64,000 nucleotides of DNA from Sedimentisphaerales bacterium (GCA_963666285.1 OY762711.1); one strand, 5' to 3'; positions 21,580 through 32,010 are shown, counted from the first letter of the stretch. Notes: generated by a model not told the origin, from the sequence alone. Numbers and translations: made by a program.

Positions 21580-23016
21580 TTAATTCTCTGCCTGCTTATC
21601 AGAGTATCCAATAAAGCGGAAGAATCGCTTCATATTAAATGTTGGAACTCCAAGCCTTGACCCTTCATCGATTGCTGCCTTATACTGTTCAACTCTTTTC
21701 ATTGCTTTTTCTGCTGCGTCAGTGGCATCCTGACTACCGCCAATTACATTTTGCGGTGCTATCGGCTCGTATCCATATACCAGGAAGTCAGTGTCAACAC
21801 CAACTGTATTTACGACCTTACCACCCCAGCCTTTAATCAAGGTTACAATCCTGTCGTAACCATCAATATCAATTTCTTCGTTCATATCAAAATCAAAATC
21901 ACCTACAACACAGAAATTGAATTCTTTTTCCTTATCCCAAACCAGGTTGGCAATAATATCACCTTTTATAATCGGGTTCGTGCTTTTCGTTTCCACAACA
22001 CGACATTTTGATATACTATCAAGAATCTCTACAACTTCAATGGTGGCTTTACCCTGACCGTTAGTCGGAACTGTTTTATCAAGACCATCATAAACACTGA
22101 AAGTCAAGCCGCGATATATTTTATCGTTGGCAGCAAGGTTGATATAAACCATTCTCTCACGAGCGTCAACTGATATAATTGTACCATCAGGATCAAGAGC
22201 TTCCAAGCCCTCTGTAGGATTCGGACGAATAATTTTTACTATTTCTTCAAGATCTTCAGCTTTCTTGGTCAGACTTTCGACAACTTCCTGCTTCTGATCC
22301 AGTTCCTGCTTCATTGTATCAGTCTGTTTCTGGATCTCGTCTTTTTCTTTCTGCAGGGCCTGGACATGATTTTCAAATCTTCCCTGGATATCTTCAATAC
22401 TGTCATTAGTCTGATTTTTCATATTCGCCACTGTCATACCAAGCGAATCAATCTGGGTCTGAAGTTCTTCGATTTGTTTTTTATAAGTATCGTTCTGCTG
22501 TGCACTGGAGTCAAGCTGCTGACTGGCTTCTTGTGCCAGCTGATTCATCTGGCCATTTAACTCATCAAGCAATCCGATTAGATCTCCAATGATACCTGCC
22601 AAACCTTTCTCTTTTGCCTCTTCTTCGGTAATCCCTAAGATTCCAGAAACATCCAGCCATACTGATTCCAGACGGTTATCAATATTTGCCTTGGCAGTCG
22701 ATAAACTGTAATTCACCTGGTTTTTACCTATTAGTGAATTACTGAAATCCCTTACAACAGCATCAAGCTTCTTAAAAGTGGTACCACCACCTTGAACGCT
22801 GGCACTTTCAGCCAGTTTTTTAACTTCATTAATTTCACTTGCATTTCCAAGCTGATCAAGTTGCGATTTCGCATCTTTTGCCTGCTTGTTATACTTTTCA
22901 ATATTCACATATAATGTTATTGCCAGACCGGCGGTAATGAGAAACAAAACGATGAATATCACCATTACTATTACGGCTGTATTGCCACTATCAGAGCCGC
23001 CTTTGGGAGCTGCCAT
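21580..23016 (-). CDS. Single-TM coiled-coil protein with C-terminal BRCT-like domain
   Basis: N-terminal TM, long heptad region, WGGKVV....DTDFLV.G BRCT-like motif. Confidence 0.7.
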   Translation of the reverse strand: MAAPKGGSDSGNTAVIVMVIFIVLFLITAGLAITLYVNIEKYNKQAKDAKSQLDQLGNASEINEVKKLAESASVQGGGTTFKKLDAVVRDFSNSLIGKNQVNYSLSTAKANIDNRLESVWLDVSGILGITEEEAKEKGLAGIIGDLIGLLDELNGQMNQLAQEASQQLDSSAQQNDTYKKQIEELQTQIDSLGMTVANMKNQTNDSIEDIQGRFENHVQALQKEKDEIQKQTDTMKQELDQKQEVVESLTKKAEDLEEIVKIIRPNPTEGLEALDPDGTIISVDARERMVYINLAANDKIYRGLTFSVYDGLDKTVPTNGQGKATIEVVEILDSISKCRVVETKSTNPIIKGDIIANLVWDKEKEFNFCVVGDFDFDMNEEIDIDGYDRIVTLIKGWGGKVVNTVGVDTDFLVYGYEPIAPQNVIGGSQDATDAAEKAMKRVEQYKAAIDEGSRLGVPTFNMKRFFRFIGYSDKQAEN

Positions 23017-23653
23017 AAGTTATTTCTCCTAAATACGTTAAGGTGTGAAACATGGTTGGTTTATGTATCATTGACGCCGGATAGCAATATATCAGCGTAT
23101 TGAACAGTAACGTAATATATCTAAAATATAGTAACAGGTCAAGAATAATTCATAAATGGCTAGATTAACAAAAGGATAGCCCAAAGCACGCCAACCTCTT
23201 GGGCCAACCAAAACTGCACACCCTTTTTTATCGCTAAGAAGCTATTTATTTCTTGACTAACAGGGCGTTAACACTATAATGAAATTCTGCGTTTTTGGAA
23301 TTAATTACATCTAAAAATGCGTAACAGACAGTATAGCAAATTGTTAGATTACTTTGATTTGACTATTTGCTTAACACGCCTGAGTTATTGCAGTTTTGGA
23401 CTTTAATGGCCAAACGCAAACCTTACCTGATTTATCAAACAGATAACATTGTGTAATTTATTCTACAAAATCAGTGTATTATGTTGTAGAATAAAGACTT
23501 ACAAGCATTAGCATGCAGGTAAAATTGAAAAATCTCATGCAAGTTTTGGCTTTCAGGTATGATTGATTACTAAAAAATAAATATTAAGTTTAAAAGCAAT
23601 CAGATATTATTATACACAATAGTGTAGTATAGCCCTGCTTAAGGAGTAATAAC

Positions 23654-24520
23654 TTGAGTACCATAACAAAAGTATTTGCCGTATTAGTCTCTCTTTTATC
23701 AATCTTCCTCTGTGGTGTTGTTATAGCATTCATGGGAAAAGTTCAGGATTACAAAGAGCTTTATGAAGACCAGAAAGTTTTGGCTGATGCCGCTCAGGTT
23801 ATGGCATACAGTGCCGAACAGAGACTCGAAAAAGCCAACCTTACCTATGGCAAAGCTGCAGAACTTACCAGCGAAAGGCTCAAAGATCTGCGTGATCAAT
23901 ACAACACCATGAGTGTTGACCTTGCTCAAGCCGAACAGGAAAGTGTTTTGGAAAGCAGTAAAGCTGACTCTGCTGTTAAGCTGGTCACTGCTATGCGTAC
24001 TACTATTCAAGACATGCAAAATGCATATGAAACCCTTTGGTCTGATTTTGACGACAACAGATCTCAGATGCTTCAGGCTCAAACTCAGGTTACTGAGCTT
24101 ACCCGCCAGCTAAACAATGAAATGGCACGCACAAAACAGATGGAAGATACCAACCGTCGTCGTGCTGAACAGATTGCCGGACTGGAAGAGCAGATTGCTA
24201 AACTTAACCAGCAGCTGGATAAATACAACATCGCCCAGAAAGAGTTCGATAGCGACACCGCTGTTGCTCAGGTACTGCCTGAAATGACTGGCGTTCCAAT
24301 AATGGGTGAAATTACTGAGATGGATGATAACATTGTTGCTATCTCTGTTGGCAGCACTTCCGGTGTTCGTGAAAACATGAGATTCTGGATTGTTCGCGGT
24401 GATAAATTCCTGGGTAATCTGGACATTATCTATGTTGAAGCTGACGAAGCTGCCGGACGCTTAAGTAACAAACAGGATGTTATCGTTGAAGGCGATATGG
24501 TTACTACTGACTTTAACTAA
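23654..24520 (+). CDS. Single-TM coiled-coil protein
   Basis: RBS aaggag before TTG start; TM plus coiled coil; C-terminal beta domain (ISVGSTSGVRENM). Confidence 0.75.
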   Translation: MSTITKVFAVLVSLLSIFLCGVVIAFMGKVQDYKELYEDQKVLADAAQVMAYSAEQRLEKANLTYGKAAELTSERLKDLRDQYNTMSVDLAQAEQESVLESSKADSAVKLVTAMRTTIQDMQNAYETLWSDFDDNRSQMLQAQTQVTELTRQLNNEMARTKQMEDTNRRRAEQIAGLEEQIAKLNQQLDKYNIAQKEFDSDTAVAQVLPEMTGVPIMGEITEMDDNIVAISVGSTSGVRENMRFWIVRGDKFLGNLDIIYVEADEAAGRLSNKQDVIVEGDMVTTDFN

Positions 24521-24554
24521 ACCAGGCTATTAACTGCTTATTTGAGGATAGAAA

Positions 24555-24722
24555 ATGGCTAAGAAGAAACCAGATGCCGTTAAGAAAAAAGTACCTAAAG
24601 GTGGACCGGCCGCTGAGATGGACGTATATACCGGCCTGCTCGGCATAACCCTGATGGCTATGATTGGCACCACTGTATGGGTTTGCTTGAAGAGCATGGC
24701 GTTCTTTGATACCCTATTCTAG
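24555..24722 (+). CDS. Small single-TM protein (55 aa)
   Basis: RBS gagga; MAKKKPDAVKKKVPKGGPAAEMDVYTGLLGITLMAMIGTTVWVCLKSMAFFDTLF; followed by a hairpin. Not in the ORF track. Confidence 0.65.
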   Translation: MAKKKPDAVKKKVPKGGPAAEMDVYTGLLGITLMAMIGTTVWVCLKSMAFFDTLF

Positions 24723-24897
24723 TCCTGGCTGGTTTATTGAAAAATTAAATGCCGTTAGGATATCTTCTAACGGCAATTTTATTGATTCGCGTAATTTAGA
24801 ATAACAATTTGGGCATACCGTATTTTTATCAGCTCTGGTTGTTATAAACATTATACAGAAAATTCTCTACATATTGGTACGAAAGGATTGACTTTTT

Positions 24898-25065
24898 ATG
24901 CTAGAATATGAAAACCTAAAAAAACTGGTAGCTGAAGTTGAAGAAGATGTAATTAAAGCAGAAGGTGGTAACAAAGCTGCCGGTACACGTGTTCGTAAAT
25001 CTATGCAGGATATTAAAGCCGCTGCTCAGGAAGTAAGAGTAAAGATTTTGGAAGGTCGTGAATAA
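24898..25065 (+). CDS. Histone H1-like (Hc1-family) small protein
   Basis: MLEYENLKKLVAEVEEDVIKAEGGNKAAGTRVRKSMQDIKAAAQEVR...; GNKAAGTRxRK motif. Not in the ORF track. Confidence 0.8.
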   Translation: MLEYENLKKLVAEVEEDVIKAEGGNKAAGTRVRKSMQDIKAAAQEVRVKILEGRE

Positions 25066-25264
25066 TTTTTACAGCTGCTAAAATTGTGGGCCGGAGCTGA
25101 GACAGTTCTCGCTCACAGCTAAGAGAAAAAGGGCCGCAAAGAGAATATTGCTTTTTGCGGTTTTTTTATGGATTATTTTTCACTATTAAACAGTTCTTGT
25201 ACTAGATAATAGTATAACCTTCTTTATTTTGCGGATTAACCGCTCAAAAACTTCAGGAGTTAAT

Positions 25265-25738
25265 ATGCCGCCGAAATGGTTATTCGATATTAGTGATATT
25301 GATTTTGAAAATGTTGTTATGGATGTTGATAAAATCGAATCTATAAACCCGCATAGATTTGAAATGCGGCAAATAGACGCAATCATTTATCACGCACCGG
25401 AAAAAGATGAAATTATTGCCCTTAAAGAAGTTAAAGACGATGAATTCTGGGTCAGAGGACATATCCCGGGTCGCCCTATTTATCCTGGAGTACTGATGGT
25501 AGAAGCCGCTGCCCAAATGGCAAGTATTGCAGCTATCAGTGAAACCGGCGAAAAACGCTTTGTTGGTTTCGGCGGCATTCAGGACGTCAAATTCCGCCAG
25601 CAGGTAGGACCGGGTGATAAGCTGTACATTCTGGGAAAATTCCTGCAAAAATCTCCTAGAAAATTTACTATGGCCGTTCAGGGAATTGTTGACGGCAAGA
25701 TGGTATTTGAGGCACAGGTTATCGGAATGCCTCTGTAA
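25265..25738 (+). CDS. fabZ: 3-hydroxyacyl-ACP dehydratase (FabZ/FabA family)
   Basis: NPHR, GHIPGRPIYPGVLMVEAAAQ, VKFRQQVGPGD; RBS aggag. Confidence 0.85.
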   Translation: MPPKWLFDISDIDFENVVMDVDKIESINPHRFEMRQIDAIIYHAPEKDEIIALKEVKDDEFWVRGHIPGRPIYPGVLMVEAAAQMASIAAISETGEKRFVGFGGIQDVKFRQQVGPGDKLYILGKFLQKSPRKFTMAVQGIVDGKMVFEAQVIGMPL

Positions 25739-25832
25739 GTGGCACTTCATATCTCTGGAAATTTCAATTAATACGCCGAAATTTGAGTTGAATTTACTTT
25801 TGAGCCGTGATATAATGCGGGTCTGTATCGCT

Positions 25833-25906
25833 GGCTGGATAGCTCAGATGGTTAGAGCGGCGGATTCATAGCCCGCAGGTCCCCGGTTCAATTCCGGGTC
25901 CAGCTA
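25833..25906 (+). tRNA. tRNA-Met (CAT), probably elongator
   Basis: GGCTGGA/TCCAGCT acceptor, TAGCTCAG..GGTTAGAGC D arm, TTCATAG loop, GGTTCAATTCC T arm; TATAAT upstream. Confidence 0.9.
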
Positions 25907-25916
25907 CTTACATTAT

Positions 25917-25951
25917 AAACCTCATTATTGAATTAATAATGGGGTTTTTTT
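25917..25951 (+). terminator. Intrinsic terminator after tRNA-Met
   Basis: aaacctcattatt-gaatt-aataatggggttt followed by a T tract. Confidence 0.65.
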
Positions 25952-26009
25952 ACGGTCTTTTTTTGACAAACTACTATATACAATATACAACCAACATCCA
26001 TAATACCTT

Positions 26010-27068
26010 TCATTTCTGTTCTGAAAAACAAGGCATTACGTCCTGCTCAAAATAAGGTTCCTGATTTACCCAAAACATATATTGTACTTTAAGAAAGTCT
26101 TTTGCAAATGCCTGAAGTAAAGGAACCATATTGTTCCTATTCTCCAATACTTTTTCAGAGTTCGTTTCACCTATATAATTCCCATCCTGTATTGCTATTC
26201 CTAACGGCACAGTATATTCGCTCTCATGCATCATAGCAATCGCATGGTTAAGTTGTCCTTTTCTATGAACCATTAAATCAGGAGCTCCCAAACCTACCCC
26301 TATTTCTTCACCATACTGATAAATAGATTTCAAATACCCTTTATCATCCCATGGCAACCATTCTCCGGGCATAAAATTCGCATACTGCATAGTCGTTGAT
26401 CTTGGAAAAGCCTTCTTTAGAGCAAGCATATTTACCTTAACTGCTTCAGCGTAACCTGAGCCAGAAAATGACGCATCATCTTTACCGGAAACTTCAATTA
26501 CAGTCTCCTGTAAATTTATTCCTTCAATCTTACCATCGAATTCCTTACCAAGTGCCATAAGCAAACTAGCAAACCTTACTTGAACGTTTTTATCCCATCT
26601 TCTGGCAGTCCATCCATATGGAGTTCCATTTTCTGATCGCTGATAAATAACTCCGCCACCATATTCCCCCGACATTAAATAGTTCGGAACCCCTTTGTAC
26701 TTTGTCGAAAAAGTTGCATCCTGTAATTGAATAAAGAGCATTTTCTTCTTTAATTTAAGATATTTATAATCTTCTAAAATGATTGAAAAATCATATTGAT
26801 CTTTCTTTGGCTCAAGCTGCCGCCAAGAGTACATAATTTGAGCTCCCCTAAACCTAGAGTTGCTCAAAAAAGGATGATCATGTATGAGTTCTCTATCCCT
26901 GGCAAAGTATACAAAATGTTTAATACCATCCTCTTCAATAGGACATTTAGCATCTAAATACTTTTTATAGGCATTTACATATTTTTCGCCTGGGTTAGTT
27001 GGCTCTTTAGCATAGATGCATGCTATAAAACTACTAAATAGAATAACACAAATAACATATTTATTCAT
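26010..27068 (-). CDS. Secreted hypothetical protein, possibly glycoside-hydrolase TIM barrel
   Basis: Signal peptide; YSWRQLEP..YDF and GINLQET motifs. Confidence 0.6.
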   Translation of the reverse strand: MNKYVICVILFSSFIACIYAKEPTNPGEKYVNAYKKYLDAKCPIEEDGIKHFVYFARDRELIHDHPFLSNSRFRGAQIMYSWRQLEPKKDQYDFSIILEDYKYLKLKKKMLFIQLQDATFSTKYKGVPNYLMSGEYGGGVIYQRSENGTPYGWTARRWDKNVQVRFASLLMALGKEFDGKIEGINLQETVIEVSGKDDASFSGSGYAEAVKVNMLALKKAFPRSTTMQYANFMPGEWLPWDDKGYLKSIYQYGEEIGVGLGAPDLMVHRKGQLNHAIAMMHESEYTVPLGIAIQDGNYIGETNSEKVLENRNNMVPLLQAFAKDFLKVQYMFWVNQEPYFEQDVMPCFSEQK

Positions 27069-27590
27069 TTAGAAACACTCCATAGATAATAAAACAAACA
27101 ATTAGACCTTTTCTTACTGCCAGTAGAGTATATTATAAATGGAAATATTTCAATTATCCTTATAATTAATATTTTCCAGATAATTACGTTTCAGATAACT
27201 GTGTATTCAACATCTTTTTCAGTGATTCCCTGATTTTAACCGGACATACCAGAATTGTTCGAGTGTTGTTTGGAATCTGTAATAAAAACTGTCTATATGT
27301 TGTATATATTGCTTTCACGCAATGACTTATGGAAATCCATAGCCGCAAGCTCACGATTCAATTCCAGGTCCAGTTACTTACAAATTACCCCTTGTACATA
27401 TTTAAGTTCAAGGGTTTTTTATTTTCAGTTTTTGATAGTAACATAGCATTAAATCCTTCTATCCTTACCCTTCAAAAAATATTGTAAAATTGCATACAGC
27501 TATTTTATGCCAGCTTACCTGTCACTCTTTTTCTATTCATGTTTTGATAAAAACTTACCGATAAACAATGCAATCGATAAGGATAAAACT

Positions 27591-28829
27591 ATGCCAATAA
27601 CATTACCAGTAAGCCAGCTTGAGCCAGGTATGTGTCTTTCTAAAAGTATTGAGAATAAGTATAACATACTTCTGTCTCAGGGACGTATACTTACCCAAGA
27701 AGACATAGAAGCGTTAACCAAGAGGTTTCCTGCAGAGTTAGTCCAGATTGGCAACCCCATACTTGATGACCTGGTTGAGTTTGACGACACATCCTCATCT
27801 GATAAGATTTCAAAAGAAGTACGCAAAGCTGTTTCAAAAATTACAGAAAAAATAAGTTGTTCTGTTAGAAATGGTGTTGTACTTAATGCCAATAATGTTA
27901 CCGGCCTGAAAACCATAGTCAACAACCTTATGGCCTATATGTCCAAAAACCCTGTCGCTCAGGCATTAGTCGAACAGAGCAATGGCTGGGATGACTATAT
28001 CAAAGAACATAATGCTAATGTCTTTTATCTCAGTATGGTAATCGGCAACACTATCAGGAACTATGTAAAAACTGAACGCCACCGCCAGACAGCAGCTTCC
28101 AAAGTAAAAAATGCAATGGATCTTACTCCTCTTGCATTTGCTGCATTATTAAAAGATATCGCACTTGCAGATAAAGCACATTTGCTGACAAAGACCAAAC
28201 CTCTTACTCCTTCTGAAATCGCTATGATCAGGATGCACCCTCTTGAAGGAGCCCGACTTATCCCCAACGAACTTCACCCAATGGTAAAGAGTGTTGTGCG
28301 TACTCATCACGAAAACATGAACGGAACCGGCTATCCGGAAGGCGTAAGTGGAAACAAAATATCAATCTTTGCCCGAATTATTCGAATAGCCGATGCTTAT
28401 AGCGCTGCAATCTCCACCAACACATTCAAAAAAGCTAAACCAACTGTCCAAGTTTTATATGATATGATTTATGGCAGCTACAAAACATATTATGACCCAT
28501 TATTGTTGAAAGTACTGGCCAGTATAATATCACCTTTCCCTTGCGGTGCTAAACTGGAACTTTCTGATGGACAATTCGCTGTAGTAACTAAACATAATCC
28601 GAAAAATCCATTTAAACCTCAAGTCATAATTGCCTTTGATAAGAATAATGAACCCATTATCAAAGCTAAACTGGAAGAGCCTTTTTACCTGAACGAAAGA
28701 AAAGAAATTGAAGTTTTTTATTATAACGACCAGGACATTTCGTTTATTAATAATTGCAATCAAGGCTACGATTCTCTGGAGATTGCCTCAACCGACTGCT
28801 CGCAAATATTTAACCTTACCTATCCTTGA
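27591..28829 (+). CDS. HD-GYP domain protein (HD degenerate)
   Basis: HHENMNGTGYPEG, ARIIRIADAY; LLKDIA in place of LLHDIG. Confidence 0.85.
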   Translation: MPITLPVSQLEPGMCLSKSIENKYNILLSQGRILTQEDIEALTKRFPAELVQIGNPILDDLVEFDDTSSSDKISKEVRKAVSKITEKISCSVRNGVVLNANNVTGLKTIVNNLMAYMSKNPVAQALVEQSNGWDDYIKEHNANVFYLSMVIGNTIRNYVKTERHRQTAASKVKNAMDLTPLAFAALLKDIALADKAHLLTKTKPLTPSEIAMIRMHPLEGARLIPNELHPMVKSVVRTHHENMNGTGYPEGVSGNKISIFARIIRIADAYSAAISTNTFKKAKPTVQVLYDMIYGSYKTYYDPLLLKVLASIISPFPCGAKLELSDGQFAVVTKHNPKNPFKPQVIIAFDKNNEPIIKAKLEEPFYLNERKEIEVFYYNDQDISFINNCNQGYDSLEIASTDCSQIFNLTYP

Positions 28830-28849
28830 TAAATCAGACTTCACATATA

Positions 28850-28968
28850 GTTAACTCTCGAGTTTTTAAGTTGCAAAAGCCTTCTTGCAGCACTTTCTGT
28901 CAAAAAGAAGCATAAGACGCAATGTTGAGCTCTCAAAAGTGTGCCATGCTATGATGCGAAGCATAAAC
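28850..28968. repeat. Shortened copy of dispersed repeat family A
   Basis: Shares the ends gtt.act.tcg..gtttttaagttgcaa and atgatgcgaagcataaac with 58774-58972 and 62219-62445. Confidence 0.6.
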
Positions 28969-29019
28969 CGCACAACATATTCTCTTTCCCTTATCGATCC
29001 AACTCACTATAATATACAA

Positions 29020-30183
29020 ATGCAACCTGCCAGAGTAATACTTCATATAGACATGGACGCTTTCTACGCTTCTGTTGAACAATTGGATTTTCCTAACCTG
29101 AAAGGAAAACCGGTTCTTGTAGGAGGTTCACCTCAACAAAGAGGAGTTGTTGCAGCCTGTTCATACGAAGCTCGAAAGTTTAACGTCCGCTCTGCAATGC
29201 CAATGTCTCAGGCAATTAAGCTTTGTCCAAGTGCTATTATGCAGCCGGTGAGAATGGACCGGTATATCGAAATCTCCAGGCAAATCCACAATATATTCCA
29301 TCAATATACTCCGGATGTCGAAAAGCTGTCAATTGACGAAGCTTTCCTGGATGTTACCGGATGCCAAAAACTTTTTGGCAATGCCGAATCAATCGGAAAA
29401 CAGATAAAGTCGGATATTAAAAATACAGTCGGCCTTACCGCCTCTGTTGGTATTGCTCCTAATAAATTCCTGGCCAAACTCGCATCTGACCTTGACAAAC
29501 CTGATGGCTTTGTTGTGATTACCGAAGATAATAAACAAAAAATACTGGACCCGCTTCCGGTATCAAAAATATGGGGGATCGGCAAAGTCACAAACGATGC
29601 CTTAAATCGTTTAGGTATCCAAACCGTAGAACAACTCAGAACCACTCCACCAAATACCCTGGCTTTGGTATTCAAAAACAGAGTTGACAAAATACTAAAA
29701 TTAGCCCATGGCATAGATAACAGACCGGTTGAAACTTATTCAGAGGCAAAAAGCTTCTCTGCCGAAGAAACTTTTGCCGCAGACATAATGGACAAAGATA
29801 CCCTGCTCTCTATTTTACATAATCAGGTGGAAGAAGTATCACAAAGACTTCGAGCCGAAAAACTACAGGCGCGGACAGTAACGCTAAAACTCAGATACAG
29901 CGACTTTAAAACTATTACTCGCAGTTCAACCCTGGAGTCGCCAACAAACGTAACACAGCTTTTTCTGCTTGAAGCTAAAACCCTTTTCTCAAACTGGTAT
30001 ACTAAATCCGCTGCTCCACTTAGACTCATCGGGTTCGGAGCCTCTGGAATTTCTCCGCAAGGTTCCGGTCAGATGATGCTGTTTAACGACCCTGAACAGG
30101 AAAAACAGAAGAAAGTCGACAATATCCTCGACAAGATAAAAGAAAAATTCGGCACAGACAGCCTGAAGAGAGGCGATTTCTAA
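29020..30183 (+). CDS. dinB: DNA polymerase IV
   Basis: HIDMDAFYASVEQ, SYEAR, LSIDEAFLD, NKFLAKLAS, IWGIG. Confidence 0.95.
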   Translation: MQPARVILHIDMDAFYASVEQLDFPNLKGKPVLVGGSPQQRGVVAACSYEARKFNVRSAMPMSQAIKLCPSAIMQPVRMDRYIEISRQIHNIFHQYTPDVEKLSIDEAFLDVTGCQKLFGNAESIGKQIKSDIKNTVGLTASVGIAPNKFLAKLASDLDKPDGFVVITEDNKQKILDPLPVSKIWGIGKVTNDALNRLGIQTVEQLRTTPPNTLALVFKNRVDKILKLAHGIDNRPVETYSEAKSFSAEETFAADIMDKDTLLSILHNQVEEVSQRLRAEKLQARTVTLKLRYSDFKTITRSSTLESPTNVTQLFLLEAKTLFSNWYTKSAAPLRLIGFGASGISPQGSGQMMLFNDPEQEKQKKVDNILDKIKEKFGTDSLKRGDF

Positions 30184-30284
30184 AACACCTTTCTTCAAAC
30201 TATCCTTGCTCATTCATACATACGCTCATCTCTCCTCTTTCATTAATTACTCAAAGTGACCGATTTTACACTTTTTATTGCTGT

Positions 30285-30464
30285 TTACTTTCGCATTTTT
30301 CAAGTTGCAATGAACGCCTAAAAGAGCCTTCTTGTTATAGTTTGAATTAAATATACTTTCGAGATTTAACCTCGAAAATGATAAAAATAATCCAATCTTC
30401 ATTCACAAGGCCCTGTTCTGACCTTTGCGGATAACGTTGAACAGTCAAAAGTACGAAAGCGTAC
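30285..30464. repeat. Repeat family A copy flanked by a TTGCTGT duplication
   Basis: Similar to 58774-58972; TTGCTGT at 30278-30284 and 30465-30471. Confidence 0.65.
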
Positions 30465-30646
30465 TTGCTGTAACACAATTTAATGCAAAATTGTTACATT
30501 AATGATTTAATTAGCTTGCCGCTTTGCGGCATTCCTGTCAAGTCCTGATTAAAAGTTGTCACTTTCCGTTTCTATTTCCTATTGTATTTTGGTGATATAT
30601 TCCGTAGTGAAGGGAGCCCGGAGGGCGACCGGAACGGAGGAATATA

Positions 30647-31432
30647 TCACGCCGCGGCATGCACTTCCGCAGGTATACGATACTTCAACGCAACATGCGG
30701 TCTACGAGTGTTGTAAAGCTCAATTGCCTGCCTTACTGCTGCATATACATGAGCCTTTTCCTTAAACGTTTCTTTTAATCCATATTCATATTTCAATATA
30801 CCATTTAGCCGTTCCGCCTTGGCATTCTCATAGCAATGGTTCTCTTCGGTCATGCTTATCTGTAATCCATTTCTCTGCAACTTATCAATATATCTGTGAC
30901 AGCAATACTGACAGCCTCTATCCGAATGGTGAATCGCTTTACTCCCTTTCGGCAGCTGCTTTATCGCCATCGACAATGCCCTTAAACAACCTTCGGCTTC
31001 CAAGCTATCACTACAATCATAACCTACTATCTTGCGGCTATAAGCATCCATTACCAATGCCAGATACATAAAACCTTCATTTGTACGTATATATGTTATA
31101 TCACTTACCAGAGCCTGATTAGCTCCTGTCAGTTCTGCATCTTTCAACAAATTATTATAAACCTTAAAACTATGACGACTATTTGTAGTTGTAACATATC
31201 GTCTTTTACGCTTTATCAGCTTATCATACTTATCCATAAGCTCAAAAAAGCGATCACGGCCTATTTCTATACCAACAAGCTCCAGTACTGGACTTATCAA
31301 CTCCAAAACCTTACGACAGCCTAACTCTGGTTGCAATCTGCGCTCTGCCTCAACCAGTTCTATAATCAAAGCTTCATCTATAGATTTCTTCTTACGTTCC
31401 TTGCGTGCTTTATAGTAGTTTTGCCTGCTCAT
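30647..31432 (-). CDS. IS3 OrfB DDE transposase (frame open upstream to the A9G site)
   Basis: SDITYI, MDAYSRKIVG, HHSDRGCQY, ENAKAERLN, YNTRRPH. Confidence 0.92.
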   Translation of the reverse strand: MSRQNYYKARKERKKKSIDEALIIELVEAERRLQPELGCRKVLELISPVLELVGIEIGRDRFFELMDKYDKLIKRKRRYVTTTNSRHSFKVYNNLLKDAELTGANQALVSDITYIRTNEGFMYLALVMDAYSRKIVGYDCSDSLEAEGCLRALSMAIKQLPKGSKAIHHSDRGCQYCCHRYIDKLQRNGLQISMTEENHCYENAKAERLNGILKYEYGLKETFKEKAHVYAAVRQAIELYNTRRPHVALKYRIPAEVHAAA

Positions 31433-31455
31433 ACCTACAAGACGACAAAAGCCTG

Positions 31456-31881
31456 CTATCGTCGCCTTTTGGGAACTACCTTCCTGCGGCTTCTGCGAGG
31501 CACGTTCAACTGCTGTGTGCTTACTTTTTTTTTGAAAGCTTCTGGATCGACGCTAACTTCCTCACATAGCTCCTCAAATACTGCTTCATTCAACAAACTC
31601 TGCATATGAGTATCTGCTAATGCCTCTTTCAGCTGCTTAATCTCAGACTTTAGCTTCTTTATCTGATTCTGCTCTTCTGGTTTTTCCACGCGTATAACCT
31701 TTGGTACTAAGTGGTTACGGCCATATTTAATTAGCCATTTCTTTACTGTCTCGCCACCTGGTATCCCATAATGACGATTAGCTTCCGATATACTACCCAG
31801 CTTACCAGATTCCAGATCATTTACAACTTGTAACTTAAATGCCTCACTATATCTATTGTTTGCCTTCTTAATTATTGCCAT
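31456..31881 (-). CDS. IS3 OrfA (HTH)
   Basis: RYSEAFKLQVV...TVKKWL; leucine-zipper-like segment; A9G slippery run at 31524-31533. Confidence 0.9.
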   Translation of the reverse strand: MAIIKKANNRYSEAFKLQVVNDLESGKLGSISEANRHYGIPGGETVKKWLIKYGRNHLVPKVIRVEKPEEQNQIKKLKSEIKQLKEALADTHMQSLLNEAVFEELCEEVSVDPEAFKKKVSTQQLNVPRRSRRKVVPKRRR

Positions 31882-32010
31882 TGCTGTCTCCTGAAAAAGT
31901 TACTACATTATTTCTATAATGTGACAACTTATCACAGGACCAGACATCCTCCCCTTATGCCTTATCCCTTATCTCTTATGCCTCTCAAACCAACCATCGG
32001 TCAGTTTGAG

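Larger units (their letters stand above)
30536..31946 (-). mobile_element. Complete IS3-family insertion sequence (about 1.41 kb)
   Basis: TG...CA ends; imperfect TIRs TGTCAAGTCCTGATTAAAAGTTGTCAC / GTGACAACTTATCACAGGACCAGACA; 3-bp TSD TCC (30533-35, 31947-49); orfA and orfB. Confidence 0.92.

Noticed and set aside
23017..23653. Riboswitch or ncRNA in the long divergent intergenic region; also upstream of nadR
   Set aside because: No recognisable aptamer consensus by eye; an Rfam scan is needed.
25833..27100. Genomic island integrated at tRNA-Met
   Set aside because: No integrase and no duplicated tRNA 3' end found.
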